Shown one piece after another: positions 51,937 through 62,304 of a stretch of 64,000 nucleotides of DNA. This stretch comes from Bdellovibrionales bacterium (GTDB lineage: Bacteria > Bdellovibrionota > Bdellovibrionia > Bdellovibrionales > UBA1609). The DNA is taken from positions 64,001-128,000 of the forward strand of contig CBDHDF010000010.1 of the NCBI GenBank assembly GCA_965261545.1, in the 5' to 3' direction. A program made the translations under genes and the position numbers. How positions within the stretch are numbered: position 1 is the first letter of the stretch; the number at the start of each line of letters is the position of its first letter. Under the pieces are notes generated by a model. The model ran no database searches. It was not told the origin of the DNA and worked only from the letters and a program-made list of their open reading frames with translations.

Positions 51937-52716
51937 TCAAGGAAATTTTTCCTGCTGTAAATGGATCTTCAAAATGTGATGATCTGCATCCTTAAGAACA
52001 AAAAAATCTTTCGCCTGCTTCATCTCTTGGTAAGTGACAGCGAAAATCTTTGAACTTCGATCACTACGAACCTCCTTATCAACCTTAAAGATAGATGAAC
52101 GCAAAGATTCAGAAGACGTAATATAAAAGACAAAAACGACATTTGAAGAACAGTAGTATTTCAAGAATAAATCGTTATATCTTGACCTACTTTTTGCAGA
52201 CTGTTCAAACTCAATGGCTCCTGAAAACTCACCTCCAGTTAGATTTATTCTCAAAAAAGCATCACTGTGACACTCAATAAATGCATCATAATTAAATACC
52301 TTACTCCCAAAAAGCCCTGATTGGAGTTCATTTTCTGTCAAATAATGGACAAGGCCCTTAGCTCTTAAGAACTGCTTTCGGACTTCAACCAATGAAAATT
52401 CATGATCTGAATTTGCAGACCTAAGCTCCAATCTCTTCGGTTCCACTCCAAAAAGATCACACTTTCCAAGAATCTTATGTGTCAGTTGGTAAGCTGTTCT
52501 AGCTCCTTCAAACCAAGAGGGAATACCTTTTATAAAACCATACTTAGATAACTTCCTTAATCTCTCATGAACCACTTGCCTAGAAAGTCCTGCAAATACA
52601 TCCCGGTGGATTTGCCAACGAGTGGCCCCCTTGGTGATAAAAAGATATTTTAACAATTCCCTATCTCTATTCGTTAAACGCATCTTATAATGACGACTAT
52701 TCCCCATGAATCTCAA
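51937..52716 (-). CDS. Replic_Relax/MOBC-like relaxase
   Basis: N-terminal wHTH (LTNRDRELLKYL), DH, SDAF and AIEFEQSAKSRSRY, matching the D..ExE..K..RY PD-(D/E)xK pattern. Confidence 0.75.
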   Translation of the reverse strand: MRFMGNSRHYKMRLTNRDRELLKYLFITKGATRWQIHRDVFAGLSRQVVHERLRKLSKYGFIKGIPSWFEGARTAYQLTHKILGKCDLFGVEPKRLELRSANSDHEFSLVEVRKQFLRAKGLVHYLTENELQSGLFGSKVFNYDAFIECHSDAFLRINLTGGEFSGAIEFEQSAKSRSRYNDLFLKYYCSSNVVFVFYITSSESLRSSIFKVDKEVRSDRSSKIFAVTYQEMKQAKDFFVLKDADHHILKIHLQQEKFP

Positions 52717-54220
52717 CCTTCTGACCTTGAGAGGTATCTATAGGTGCCGAAAAAGATCCAACACTATCATTGTGCTTACCTTCCGAAGTGAGTTTTTCAG
52801 GTGGCTTTTCTAATGGTTTTGAGGAAGAAGAAATGAACTTTCTCATCCTTTCTTTAATCTCCTCTGTGGAAATAAAAGGTGTTTGAACCTCATCCATATC
52901 AACACCCACCTTGCTGATGGCACGGCCTGCAACCTTTGGAAGATCGCGAGCGGCCTTCGTGCCAATAACAAGAGCTGAACCTTGAACAGATATAACTTTG
53001 AAACAAAGCCTCCCCTCAATGTTTTCCTGAATGTGGGTGCTCACCGTGTGCTTGCTAATTTTCTGAGTCCCTAGCACCAAATGAATCCGAGCCGCCCGTG
53101 ATAGCTTGGCAATCTCATCTGTGATTTGAGTGGCCTTCAGTGAACTTTTCCTTTGAAGATCGGTTTTCCGAGAAAAGTCATACAACATCGAACACTCATC
53201 TATGAGAATCAAGATGGGGTCTTTTTTGTGCTTCTGGGGGTCAATGACGTCATCATCTCCTTTTTCTAATATCTTAAAGCGTTCTTGCATTTCGCATTGA
53301 ATCTTTTCTAAAATCTCAACAGCCTCAAAAATATCTTTTATCACCGTCACCCTTGGATGTTCCCGAAAGGGCTTCATAGAAATACCCTGTTTAAAATCAA
53401 GGGCATAAACCTGAAGATTCGGAGTGTTTTCCAAGAGATTAAGAAGCATTTGCCTAAGAAAGCATGACTTCCCCATGCCTGTGCTTCCAGCCACCAGCAT
53501 ATGAGGCAGATCAAAAAGATTTTGGGTGATTGTCTCCCCATGACTCTGACCTACAACAAACTCTCCGGATTTGGAGGCTTTTGCGCAAACACTGGCATAG
53601 GCTACCTTTTGAGGTAGTAGCTGATTTGTAAGAAAAAGCTCCACAAACTTGGGCTGAGACTGCTCAACAATGGATTCCACTTGGGAGTTTAAAGACGCTC
53701 TAATGGCATTTTTCTTTTTTTGAAAATCCTCTATAGGAACCCCGTGGGTGTCCACAATCACTTTATGGCGAAAAGAGGTTAAGTTCACCACATCCACAGC
53801 AATGGGTTGAGTTCCCAAGGCATTTTTTAACCCCGCTTTTCTTAAAGCCTTTGTGACCCTCTTCATCTTTTTTATGCTTCCATAGGATAAAATATAGATG
53901 ATAATTGCAAGCAAGGGGGTACTCAAAATGAGGAAGTGAACTTCCCATGATAGACTTCCCATGGTTCTTACAAAAGACAATGGAACAGTTTCGGGATACC
54001 ATTTGTTGAGCCATATAAGATAAGTGTTCTTATAGGCCCAAACAAACATCAACAAAAAAAGGCTTATAATGTTCATTATACCATTTCCTGTGAGAGTTTT
54101 CGACCTCTTCACAGCATGGTAACAACGCACATAAATGATAATAATGATTTTTCTAAGAGCATTAAAAACGTCCATAGGGCTTATGCCCCCTTTTGATTTA
54201 CTCATAATTGTTCCTTTCAT
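52697..54220 (-). CDS. FtsK/SpoIIIE-type coupling protein (TcpA-like)
   Basis: Two N-terminal TMs, PHMLVAGSTGMGKS, ALDFK, EMQERF, ILIDE, RAARIHLVLGTQ, GRAI. Confidence 0.85.
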   Translation of the reverse strand: MKGTIMSKSKGGISPMDVFNALRKIIIIIYVRCYHAVKRSKTLTGNGIMNIISLFLLMFVWAYKNTYLIWLNKWYPETVPLSFVRTMGSLSWEVHFLILSTPLLAIIIYILSYGSIKKMKRVTKALRKAGLKNALGTQPIAVDVVNLTSFRHKVIVDTHGVPIEDFQKKKNAIRASLNSQVESIVEQSQPKFVELFLTNQLLPQKVAYASVCAKASKSGEFVVGQSHGETITQNLFDLPHMLVAGSTGMGKSCFLRQMLLNLLENTPNLQVYALDFKQGISMKPFREHPRVTVIKDIFEAVEILEKIQCEMQERFKILEKGDDDVIDPQKHKKDPILILIDECSMLYDFSRKTDLQRKSSLKATQITDEIAKLSRAARIHLVLGTQKISKHTVSTHIQENIEGRLCFKVISVQGSALVIGTKAARDLPKVAGRAISKVGVDMDEVQTPFISTEEIKERMRKFISSSSKPLEKPPEKLTSEGKHNDSVGSFSAPIDTSQGQKVEIHGE

Positions 54221-55460
54221 TTTGATGGTTTTTATAATGATGATGGTTTGTTTTTTGCATTTTAAGAGTCTCTGTAAGACTCACAACAAGCTCTTTTCCG
54301 GGCTTCAGGGTGATGTAAGGCCCTTGACCACTAGAAGTCTTTAGCTGCAAGTTACCTTCCTTTTTGACGAACCCTGAAACTCCTCCTAAAAAGGCATTTC
54401 TTAGGGTGGGCTTTGTCGTAATGGTTTTTCCTTCACCGAGGGCTTCTTTTTCTTGGAGAACCTCACTGGCTCCAGAAACAAAACCCAAACCTAGAGTGGA
54501 CCCCATTCGCCTGACCAGCCCACTGTGGTAATGGCCCATAAGTCCTGAAGCAAAATCCTTGGCATCCAAGGCCATGGCTGAGATTTTTATCTCCCGTCCA
54601 TTTGGAAGAACTCCCTTGTGGAACTGAATAAAGACCCTTGGCCCGTGTCCTGGATATGAGGGAGCGCCCCAAAGAACACTCCCCTGGGGGAGGCTCATAT
54701 GCCCTTGAAGTCTGCCCTCCAAGGGAAGCACCACACGAACCAAGATGTCGGATTGACGGGTGTCCACATGGGAAAGAAGCTTTCCGATGAAAAGAGTTCT
54801 TGAAGGCAAGGTTTTGCTGCCATTGATATCTGGGCGCACAAAGACTTGCTGGGCCTTATACTTAATAGGAACTTTTTTTCTCTGTCTTCTCAAGACAGCC
54901 TTTTGGGGAAAGGGAGAAGGGCCATCGCTAGCAAGATTTTTTCTCTGAAGCTCATTAAATTCATTGAGTTTAGCTATAGCGGAGCCTTCCCCTTCTTGGC
55001 TTGAGCCAAGGGGCTGAGGGTTTCCATTGAGGTTGCTCTCACCTATGATCTCTTCCAGAGAAACCGCTTCATAAAGACTACGATCCTCTCTTGACGAAGA
55101 TAGCCAACTCATAGTGAGTGAAACAAAAACAGAGAGCCACATCACCGAAAGAAAAGCTCTTGCCAGATTTATGGTCACTTTCTTTGGATATTGAGTGAAC
55201 AAATAGCCTAGAACAAAAGAGGTACCATTTGAGATACTCTTTGAAAGACTATTTGAGATACTCCTTTGAATCCACCTTTTGCTTTTAAGAAACAAAATTT
55301 TCTTGAATTTCAAAGATTTTAAAGACTTCAAAGATTTCTTGTCCTGCTTAGTTTTCTTAGAGTCTAATCTCTGAAATGACTTCTTCTTGCCTGAAAAAAG
55401 GAATCTAAAAATAGAAAGAAAGAATCTAAAACTAAATATTTGATACTTCATTTGTACCAC
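54198..55460 (-). CDS. VirB10/TrbI-like protein
   Basis: TM, then FIGKLLSHVDT...PQGSVLWG...RVFIQFHKGVLPNG...SGLMGHYH...YITLKPG. Confidence 0.75.
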   Translation of the reverse strand: MVQMKYQIFSFRFFLSIFRFLFSGKKKSFQRLDSKKTKQDKKSLKSLKSLKFKKILFLKSKRWIQRSISNSLSKSISNGTSFVLGYLFTQYPKKVTINLARAFLSVMWLSVFVSLTMSWLSSSREDRSLYEAVSLEEIIGESNLNGNPQPLGSSQEGEGSAIAKLNEFNELQRKNLASDGPSPFPQKAVLRRQRKKVPIKYKAQQVFVRPDINGSKTLPSRTLFIGKLLSHVDTRQSDILVRVVLPLEGRLQGHMSLPQGSVLWGAPSYPGHGPRVFIQFHKGVLPNGREIKISAMALDAKDFASGLMGHYHSGLVRRMGSTLGLGFVSGASEVLQEKEALGEGKTITTKPTLRNAFLGGVSGFVKKEGNLQLKTSSGQGPYITLKPGKELVVSLTETLKMQKTNHHHYKNHQNERNNYE

Positions 55461-55981
55461 CTCCTAAAGGTTGTGATTGGATCTAATGCTATGATTTGAC
55501 TTGATGTTGTAATCTGCCCTGGTGCAATAATTTTGATTTGACTTGATGTTGTGATCTGCCCTGATTGATCTCCATGGGTCTTCATTGATCTCAAAGAGAG
55601 CTTCTTAGAAAATCTTGTGGGACGTTTCCAATAAACTTTCACTAAGTCATCATAGACTTGGCACCTGCAAACTCTTAAAATAAAACCAAAGCGATGCTGG
55701 CCACTGTAGATGAATAAATTGCTCGAAAGTTGAGACAAAGGCTGAATGGTCACGTCATTACCTGTAAATTTGATGCTAAAATAATTGCTGTTCCCGTTCA
55801 CAGCCTTCTTGGGCCTATCAATGAAATGAAGAATGGTGGAATGCCCCATGGAAAGGGTGATTGTTTCCATCTTATTGTCATTCATTTCAACAACACGCAC
55901 CCTAGAGTAGGATAAAGTTGTGGTAAGAAAAACACTCAAAAAAATAAAAACTAACCAATAAATGCTCCTTTGAATATTCAT
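55448..55981 (-). CDS. VirB9/TrbG-like protein
   Basis: Signal peptide, ITLSMGHSTILHF, VTIQP, SNLFIYS; position in the operon. Confidence 0.65.
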   Translation of the reverse strand: MNIQRSIYWLVFIFLSVFLTTTLSYSRVRVVEMNDNKMETITLSMGHSTILHFIDRPKKAVNGNSNYFSIKFTGNDVTIQPLSQLSSNLFIYSGQHRFGFILRVCRCQVYDDLVKVYWKRPTRFSKKLSLRSMKTHGDQSGQITTSSQIKIIAPGQITTSSQIIALDPITTFRRWYK

Positions 55982-56574
55982 TATTTATTAAACTCCTTAA
56001 TGGCACTGATATAAATGCCTTTTGGGTTCCACTTGTTGGGTTTATCTCTCATTAATTCAAGATGGATTTTTAAAGGCTGAACCGATTTGACCCTCTTGCC
56101 CAATGAAATAACACGGTCTATTTCCACATGAACATATCCGTCCTTGGCTTCTATGTTTTGAATCACTACATCTTGAGAAATAGAGTTTTTCTTTATAAAT
56201 TCTTTGGAATCCTTTATTTGTTGAAGCACCTTTTTTAGTAAACTATAAGACGCATAGGGGCTTATGTTTCGCATGATGTTTTCCATATTGTAGGACTTCC
56301 ATTGATAACGCTCTAAAACAAATCTCTTGGCTGCCTTTTTAAGGTCGGATTCTTGAAGTTCCACCTCCTTTCTCTCGCCGATAAAATAAAGGCTTTCTGA
56401 CTCTGTGAGAGCAATCACTAGATTTTTCTGATTCATTAAATAAATCATAGTTCCCACAAGAAGCACATTGGACAGAATGAGCCCAAGAGATATTGTTCTT
56501 AAATTCCTAATAATAAGACTGGCCTTGATCCAATGATTGCAAGGGCCTAAACGCTTTGATTTCATGTTCATCAT
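55981..56574 (-). CDS. VirB8-like protein
   Basis: Single TM, AKRFVLERYQW, C-terminal NPKGIYI. Confidence 0.7.
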   Translation of the reverse strand: MMNMKSKRLGPCNHWIKASLIIRNLRTISLGLILSNVLLVGTMIYLMNQKNLVIALTESESLYFIGERKEVELQESDLKKAAKRFVLERYQWKSYNMENIMRNISPYASYSLLKKVLQQIKDSKEFIKKNSISQDVVIQNIEAKDGYVHVEIDRVISLGKRVKSVQPLKIHLELMRDKPNKWNPKGIYISAIKEFNK

Positions 56575-57683
56575 TTTTTATCACCTCCTTGAGGGCTTTC
56601 TCCCCCTGGTTTGTTAAAATCTTCTTTTTGTCTCTTCATGCTTTGGCTCCCATAGCGACTCTGAAAATAACTTTTGGAATGGCCCTCGGAGTGGTCTCGG
56701 AAGTGGCCTTGAGAATGACTCTGGGAATGACTCTGGAAATGACTCTGAGAACGACTCCGAGGATAGTTTTTGGGTTGAGATTGAGTCCATTCACTGAGCT
56801 TCTTAAAACCTCTTGATTGAGCAAAATTCCCAAAATTTTTGAGGTTTCTTGCTGTGATCTTGACTCCATGACTTGCCACTTGTTTCCCTTTTTGGGATGA
56901 GAGGGTCGCAGCCTTTTTTATATGCCCTGTAATGATTTTTTGAGAAGCAATGGCTGGAATAGCCGCCAAACCTCCAGCAAAAGTTGCAAAATCAGAGGAT
57001 AAAAAAGCCTTGGTTGTGATCGGAACGACAAGCATACTTGTACCAATGAAAAGATTAATGACAATGAGGAGTATGGCATTGTAGTCATCTCCTTGGGCAA
57101 TGGGAGCATGGGCTGTAAGCTTTAAAAGAATGACTCCAAGAGCCGTCCAAGTGATTTTCCAGACCATAACAATGCATAGACTCCGATAAAGTCCCTTTGT
57201 GATCTGCGAGGTGGCCTCGGAGATATAGGCAAGTATCATCAAAGGGGACATGACAAATAAAATTCCCCAACAAAAATGCACCAAGGCATCGGCAATAAAA
57301 GCCCCCAAGTAGGCAAAAATAAAAGAAAGGAGGCTTAAAATCCAAATAAGGGTTTCTTTAAATTGATGCCAACTAAGCTCCATATCTTTGACAAACTTCC
57401 ACATCTCGCTAAGCACCTCATTGATATGAGGCGTGGGGCTGATATGAGTGACAATGCCGTCACCGATCAGCGATATCATGCGAAAGACCTCATCAAAACT
57501 CATAAGCAATATGATGGACAAAGCCGCTCTTTTGATAATGCCAAGGGCATTGGGTTCACGCTCTGGCAACTTAAAAAATTCTAAAATAATCAGTAAGAGA
57601 GTGAGGGGCACAATAGATATCCAATAGATTTCTATCATGTTAGACCGGATCTCTTTGCAAACCTCTGGTAGCCATTCGTACAT
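56571..57683 (-). CDS. VirB6/TrbL-like polytopic membrane protein
   Basis: About five TMs, ILFVMSPLMIL, low-complexity C-terminal tail. Confidence 0.7.
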   Translation of the reverse strand: MYEWLPEVCKEIRSNMIEIYWISIVPLTLLLIILEFFKLPEREPNALGIIKRAALSIILLMSFDEVFRMISLIGDGIVTHISPTPHINEVLSEMWKFVKDMELSWHQFKETLIWILSLLSFIFAYLGAFIADALVHFCWGILFVMSPLMILAYISEATSQITKGLYRSLCIVMVWKITWTALGVILLKLTAHAPIAQGDDYNAILLIVINLFIGTSMLVVPITTKAFLSSDFATFAGGLAAIPAIASQKIITGHIKKAATLSSQKGKQVASHGVKITARNLKNFGNFAQSRGFKKLSEWTQSQPKNYPRSRSQSHFQSHSQSHSQGHFRDHSEGHSKSYFQSRYGSQSMKRQKEDFNKPGGESPQGGDKK

Positions 57684-58552
57684 TAAAACACCGGAGGAGT
57701 TGCAAAAGTTGCTTCAAAGGTGTTCAAACTATGGCCCAAGTCACGGGTCACTTTCTTAAAATGATGGTTAGACTCCTTGGCCGCCTTGTTGGACAATGCC
57801 AAGGATTCACTTTGAAGCTTTAGCATTTGACCATTGATCTTTAAAATCTGACTGAGAATATGAAGAATGGCTGCCTGCCCCTCAAGGTTTGTGCGAGCCG
57901 CACCTTTAAGGCCCACATGAGGGGCACTTGCTGCCATACGCCTTGAGTTCTGCTCCTGCGAATGGGCGTATGAATTTATGGAGCTTACCATTTTAATACT
58001 CTCTGCCACTGTCTCATCGTGAAGCCTTAACAATAGTTCTTCTTTCCCACGGGGGATTTGACCATAAAGGCGTTCAACCTCATCCATGGCCCCTTTAAAT
58101 GATTTCAAGTCTCCAAGGATTTTCCCACCTTCAATGGGAAAGCTTTCTAAAAGGCCCATGGCCTCATTAAGACCCATATTGATAGACTCGATCATATCCT
58201 TATGTTCCTTGGCATTTTCATAAATCACTTTCATTTGTTCGTATTGTTTGACGGATTGAGAAAGAATCTTAATGAGGTAAGGGGTTGTCATGGCTCCATC
58301 AATACCTAAAAGCGCATGGCTTTTGTGGGGAGTGAAAGTGACAACAGTCCCTACAAACAGTAAGAATCCTAGGGCGAACAACAGGCGAGAAAATAATGGG
58401 TTCAAGGTGAACAACAGGCGAGGGAATAGCAGGCTTAGGGGGAACAATAGGCGATGAAATAACAGCCTTAGAGCGAGCAACAAGTTTGGGATGACAGACT
58501 TACATATAAATTCACATAGAAACGCATAGAAAGGAATTTTAATTTTTTTCAA
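57683..58552 (-). CDS. VirB5/TrbJ-like helical protein
   Basis: Extended signal (SHA|LL), amphipathic helices; between virB4 and virB6. Confidence 0.5.
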   Translation of the reverse strand: MKKIKIPFYAFLCEFICKSVIPNLLLALRLLFHRLLFPLSLLFPRLLFTLNPLFSRLLFALGFLLFVGTVVTFTPHKSHALLGIDGAMTTPYLIKILSQSVKQYEQMKVIYENAKEHKDMIESINMGLNEAMGLLESFPIEGGKILGDLKSFKGAMDEVERLYGQIPRGKEELLLRLHDETVAESIKMVSSINSYAHSQEQNSRRMAASAPHVGLKGAARTNLEGQAAILHILSQILKINGQMLKLQSESLALSNKAAKESNHHFKKVTRDLGHSLNTFEATFATPPVF

Positions 58553-61157
58553 CTTTGCCCTCCTTGGGTTATCTTATGGTTTACAATTTCTTCCAAGATC
58601 TCCAAATAACTGTGGTCTGGGAATTTCTCTTTAAATTGATGAATGATGGCCTTGTCCTTGGGGTCCGTGGTGCAAATCCAATAGGACAAGGGATCAGGTT
58701 CAATCTTGAGGATGGACTCTTTGTCATCTTGAATATAAAGGCATTCTGAAAAGCCTCCCTTCTGTGAACGCAGAGATTTGACAACCTCAATCTCTGTTTC
58801 ATTGAGTGAGAGAATTTCTTGAAATTCCTTCCAGTCCACTCCACGCTGCTTTAAAATGATTCGACTGGGTGTGTTTTGCATAATGGCGGCGGCCACCTCT
58901 GGGTCGAACATAAAATCTTTAATGGATTGAGTGATTCCCCAAATTCCACCATAGAATTTCCTCATGGTGCGATAGCACTCAATGACAAACTGGGCGGCAC
59001 TCTCGTTTTGTAAGAGCTTCCAAATCTCATCCACAATGAGAAGGTATCTCTGGGAGGGATTTTTAGACGCCTCATTCATAATATACTCAGTTAAAATGAG
59101 TAAAAGGACTCGCTGAAGATCGGGGTAAACATCAAGCCCCTTCACTTCAATGGCCACAAGGGGTTTTGTGAGTTCAATATTGGTGGGACCATCAAGAAGC
59201 TTTCCGTAGGCACTGGCCCCTGTCCAAGAATACAAAATATCAGCGTACCTTCTCATTTCAACAAGGGGGTGGTTCTTCAATATCTTGAGAAGATCGGTCA
59301 TTGTGGGAGACCCACAAGGTGACGCACAAGAAGATCCACGGGAGGGAACGCAGGAGGAAGTACTGAAAAAGGGAATGTTGAAAAATTGAGTGTAGGTTTC
59401 AGAAATGGCTTGTTCCAAAAGAGCTTTTTCTCTTTTGGGTAACCCCTTTGAATCATCTTCTTTGCAGATGGATTCAATAACTCCTAAAAGGAGTTTTTTC
59501 TTAGTGGGGGAAGCTTCCATCTCTCCCCGGCCCAATTGAAAGGCGTTCAGGACAATGCCACTTTCAAGATTCAAGTCAATGAATTGCCCCCCCAGTGAGT
59601 CCACAAGTCCACGGGAAGAAGCCCCATTGTCTATCCAAACCACCTTGGAAAGTCCAAGGTGGTTTTTTGTCTTCGCCTTCTTCATATTCTTCATATTCTT
59701 CATATTTGATTTCCTATTCATGTCTGGTTTCCTGCTTATGTTTGATTCCCTATTCATGTTTGATCTCCTATAAACATTAAAATAAGTTGGCTTATGGTGA
59801 AGGATTTCCCACTTCCACTGGAACCAATGACAAACCCATTCCAGTTGGGCAGTTCTGGCGCAAAAGGGTCGATGGACACCAAAACATGATCCCGGTTAGT
59901 GACAAGGCATGTGGGCTTGTTGTTTCCCCTCCAGAATGAAAAAACAGGCAGCAAGTGAGAGAGGTTGGAAGATTTCATTTTCTTAGGACGGTTGGTTTGG
60001 CAAAGGCCCGGAGTCGTCTTTAAGAAAGTATCCAGTGTTGCGAAGGTTTCCACCAAACCCTCGGAGTGATTAAGGCTTTTAAAGGTTCTTAAGACTTCAT
60101 CGCATTTCTCATCAAGTTCTCTTGTGGTTTTTCCCCAAATAATGACATTCAGGTCAGCCTCAACCACTTTTTCAGAGCTATCAATAATATCAGACAAAAG
60201 ACCCTCAATTTGGCCAAGCTTTGATTCGCTCTCAAGGTCTTGAACGTGATTGCGCTCACTGCTTGCCATGGAGTGGGCAATTCTCCTTTTAAGTTGAAGG
60301 ACGTTGTACTCCCTCGTCTGGTCACAAACTTTGACCACCTGGCTGATCCAGCAATGAAAGGGTAAGGCCAAGAGTTCACGAATGAGACCCGAATAGGTTT
60401 CATCGGGAAGAGTTCTTAAACTCACGGCTCTAAACTTGTAGCTTCCCACCATCACGTCATGAGAGCTTAGGTGGATATCACTAAGCAAAAACTGTGAGAG
60501 CAGGGAGCTTGGTGAAAAAGCCCTAGGACCTTTGAGTTCTGGAACCCTATGGACTTCGGACCTTGATAGGTTGAAATGTTCATACAGAAGCTCAAACCAT
60601 TCCTTAGATGACAAACGACTCTTGAAGAGTTGCCCATCCTTAAGAGAAGATTCCAAGTGGCTCACCGTTCTTTCAAATCGTTCCACATGGGTTTCAAAGT
60701 CCTTGGCTTGAGCCTTTGTGAAGGGTTTTGTTTTTTGAAAAATCCCCTGCTTCCTAAAGGCAAAGGGAAGACCCTTGAGAAAGCAATAGATTTCAGGTTC
60801 AAAGAAATAACCCATTTCACGATGACTCTTAAGATGAGAAGTTCGCCCCTCCATGATCTTGCGATAGCCCTCAAGAGGACAATTTCTTGATAAAGAAAGA
60901 TGCTCCTCAACAAGGGAGTCCACCTTGGGGGTGAGCTTATAAAGAATCTGCAAAGAGGTTCCCGTTCCAAGACCTGTGATAAGGTTTTCAAGTTTTCTTG
61001 TAAACTGGTTGATCTCATCTGCGGTGGCACAGGAAACATCTTTTCCCTTAATCTTAAAGCCGCAACCCAAGGAACCATCTCCAAAAACCATATAATTTCC
61101 AAAGAAATGCCATAGATTTAAAAAATCACCGATGTTCTGAGGAACTAACAATTTCAT
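58549..61157 (-). CDS. virB4: VirB4/TraC ATPase, apparently frameshifted near 59772 (track ORFs 59754-61280 and 58549-59757)
   Basis: ATG 61157 (SD AGGAGG); DGSLG, Walker A GSSGSGKSF, WIDNGAS, Walker B IVDEIW, RTMRK, GITQS. T3 to T4 in ATGTTTATAGG joins the halves. Confidence 0.85.
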
Positions 61158-61545
61158 GCCTCCTTTCTTCTTCAAAGCTAAGCTCATCTCCCACACAAAA
61201 AATGCCTGGGAGTACGGAGAATTTGATAAAGTCTTGAATATAACGCTCAGGCTTTCCCCTCTTGCCAAAATAAATTCCAAGTGCTAAAAGGGCCGGGAGC
61301 CCAAAAACAAGGGCTCCCGTAAACAGGTTTAAGTTTTGGCTATAAAGGCTTTGACTATAAGCTTGGTCGTAAACATGGCTATATGCCTGACCATAAGTTT
61401 GACCATGAACCTGACCATAAATCTGGCCAAAAATAAGATTCATCACAGATGCAAAAGCTCCCACAGCAATCACATCAAAAAGCTCCATGCCCAAAATCTT
61501 GATCTTTGAGTCAAGGTTTCTATGAACAACAGACCGATCTATCAA
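61126..61545 (-). CDS. VirB3-like membrane protein
   Basis: VHRNLDSKIKILGMELFD, two TMs, KRGKPERY; TTG 61545 overlaps the pilin stop. Confidence 0.65.
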   Translation of the reverse strand: MIDRSVVHRNLDSKIKILGMELFDVIAVGAFASVMNLIFGQIYGQVHGQTYGQAYSHVYDQAYSQSLYSQNLNLFTGALVFGLPALLALGIYFGKRGKPERYIQDFIKFSVLPGIFCVGDELSFEEERRHEIVSSSEHR

Positions 61546-61865
61546 TTGAGGACCCCTTGGAGCCACCCAATAATGTAGGGAGCTAAAAAACCCACCCCAC
61601 TGCCGATCAGACAAAACCAAATCTTTGACTTGGCTCCTTCATTGCCAATGGCGGCAAGAATCCCAGCCATGACTAAACCCAGAACACTCATCACGGGGAG
61701 AATGAAGGATGACAATTTGTGTTGTAGATGAGTCATTTTATTTTCAAAACCTGACTTCAAGACCACAGCAAGGGCTTCACTTTGATAGAAGAAAGAAAAA
61801 AGCACCAAAAGGCTTAAAAGAAATATAATGACGGTTATTTGCTTCATCTCAGTTGTTTTCTTCAT
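61542..61865 (-). CDS. VirB2/TrbC-like pilin
   Basis: Signal (ALA), two hydrophobic helices, GFLAPYIIGWL. Confidence 0.72.
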   Translation of the reverse strand: MKKTTEMKQITVIIFLLSLLVLFSFFYQSEALAVVLKSGFENKMTHLQHKLSSFILPVMSVLGLVMAGILAAIGNEGAKSKIWFCLIGSGVGFLAPYIIGWLQGVLN

Positions 61866-61866
61866 T

Positions 61867-62304
61867 TTAGTTGGCCTCCTTCATAGGTTGATTAAATTGA
61901 TTTGAATGATTTAAAGAGTTTTTGGATTCGTCCCTTAAGCTCACCACAAGCTGTTTGAAGAATGGGGCGGGTTGCATGATAATCTCATGGGTGGAGGGGT
62001 CTAAAAACCCCTCCCCTTGAGTAAAAATTTTTGTTCTTCCTCCTCTTTCTTTCATGGGTTTCATGGAGATGAGTCGGTAGCGACATGGCCTGCCAGCCTC
62101 ACCTCCCATGGGTTTTACAAAGTAATGGTTGTCTGGAAAGAAATTGAGAATGAGGCGGTAGTCACCATTTTTCTCATTGTAGTAGGCAACACCTGCCATT
62201 TCTCTGGAATTTGTGTGGGGGCAATGCCACCACACATAAAACCTTTCATTGGCCTTGTTCTTATCATTGGAGTCGTTGGCATCGTTCTTAGGAAGTCTAT
62301 TCAT
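61867..62304 (-). CDS. Hypothetical beta-rich protein
   Basis: Likely start ATG 62304 overlapping the upstream stop; AGVAYYNEKNGDYRLILNFFP. Confidence 0.5.
   Translation of the reverse strand: MNRLPKNDANDSNDKNKANERFYVWWHCPHTNSREMAGVAYYNEKNGDYRLILNFFPDNHYFVKPMGGEAGRPCRYRLISMKPMKERGGRTKIFTQGEGFLDPSTHEIIMQPAPFFKQLVVSLRDESKNSLNHSNQFNQPMKEAN

Noticed and set aside
58549..61157. VirB4 naturally split between Walker A and B, with an ATGA overlap and AGGAG upstream
   Set aside because: One added T restores a continuous frame (LMFYRRSNMNRESN) in phase with the local 18-nt repeat, and the same error type occurs elsewhere. Not accepted without read evidence.
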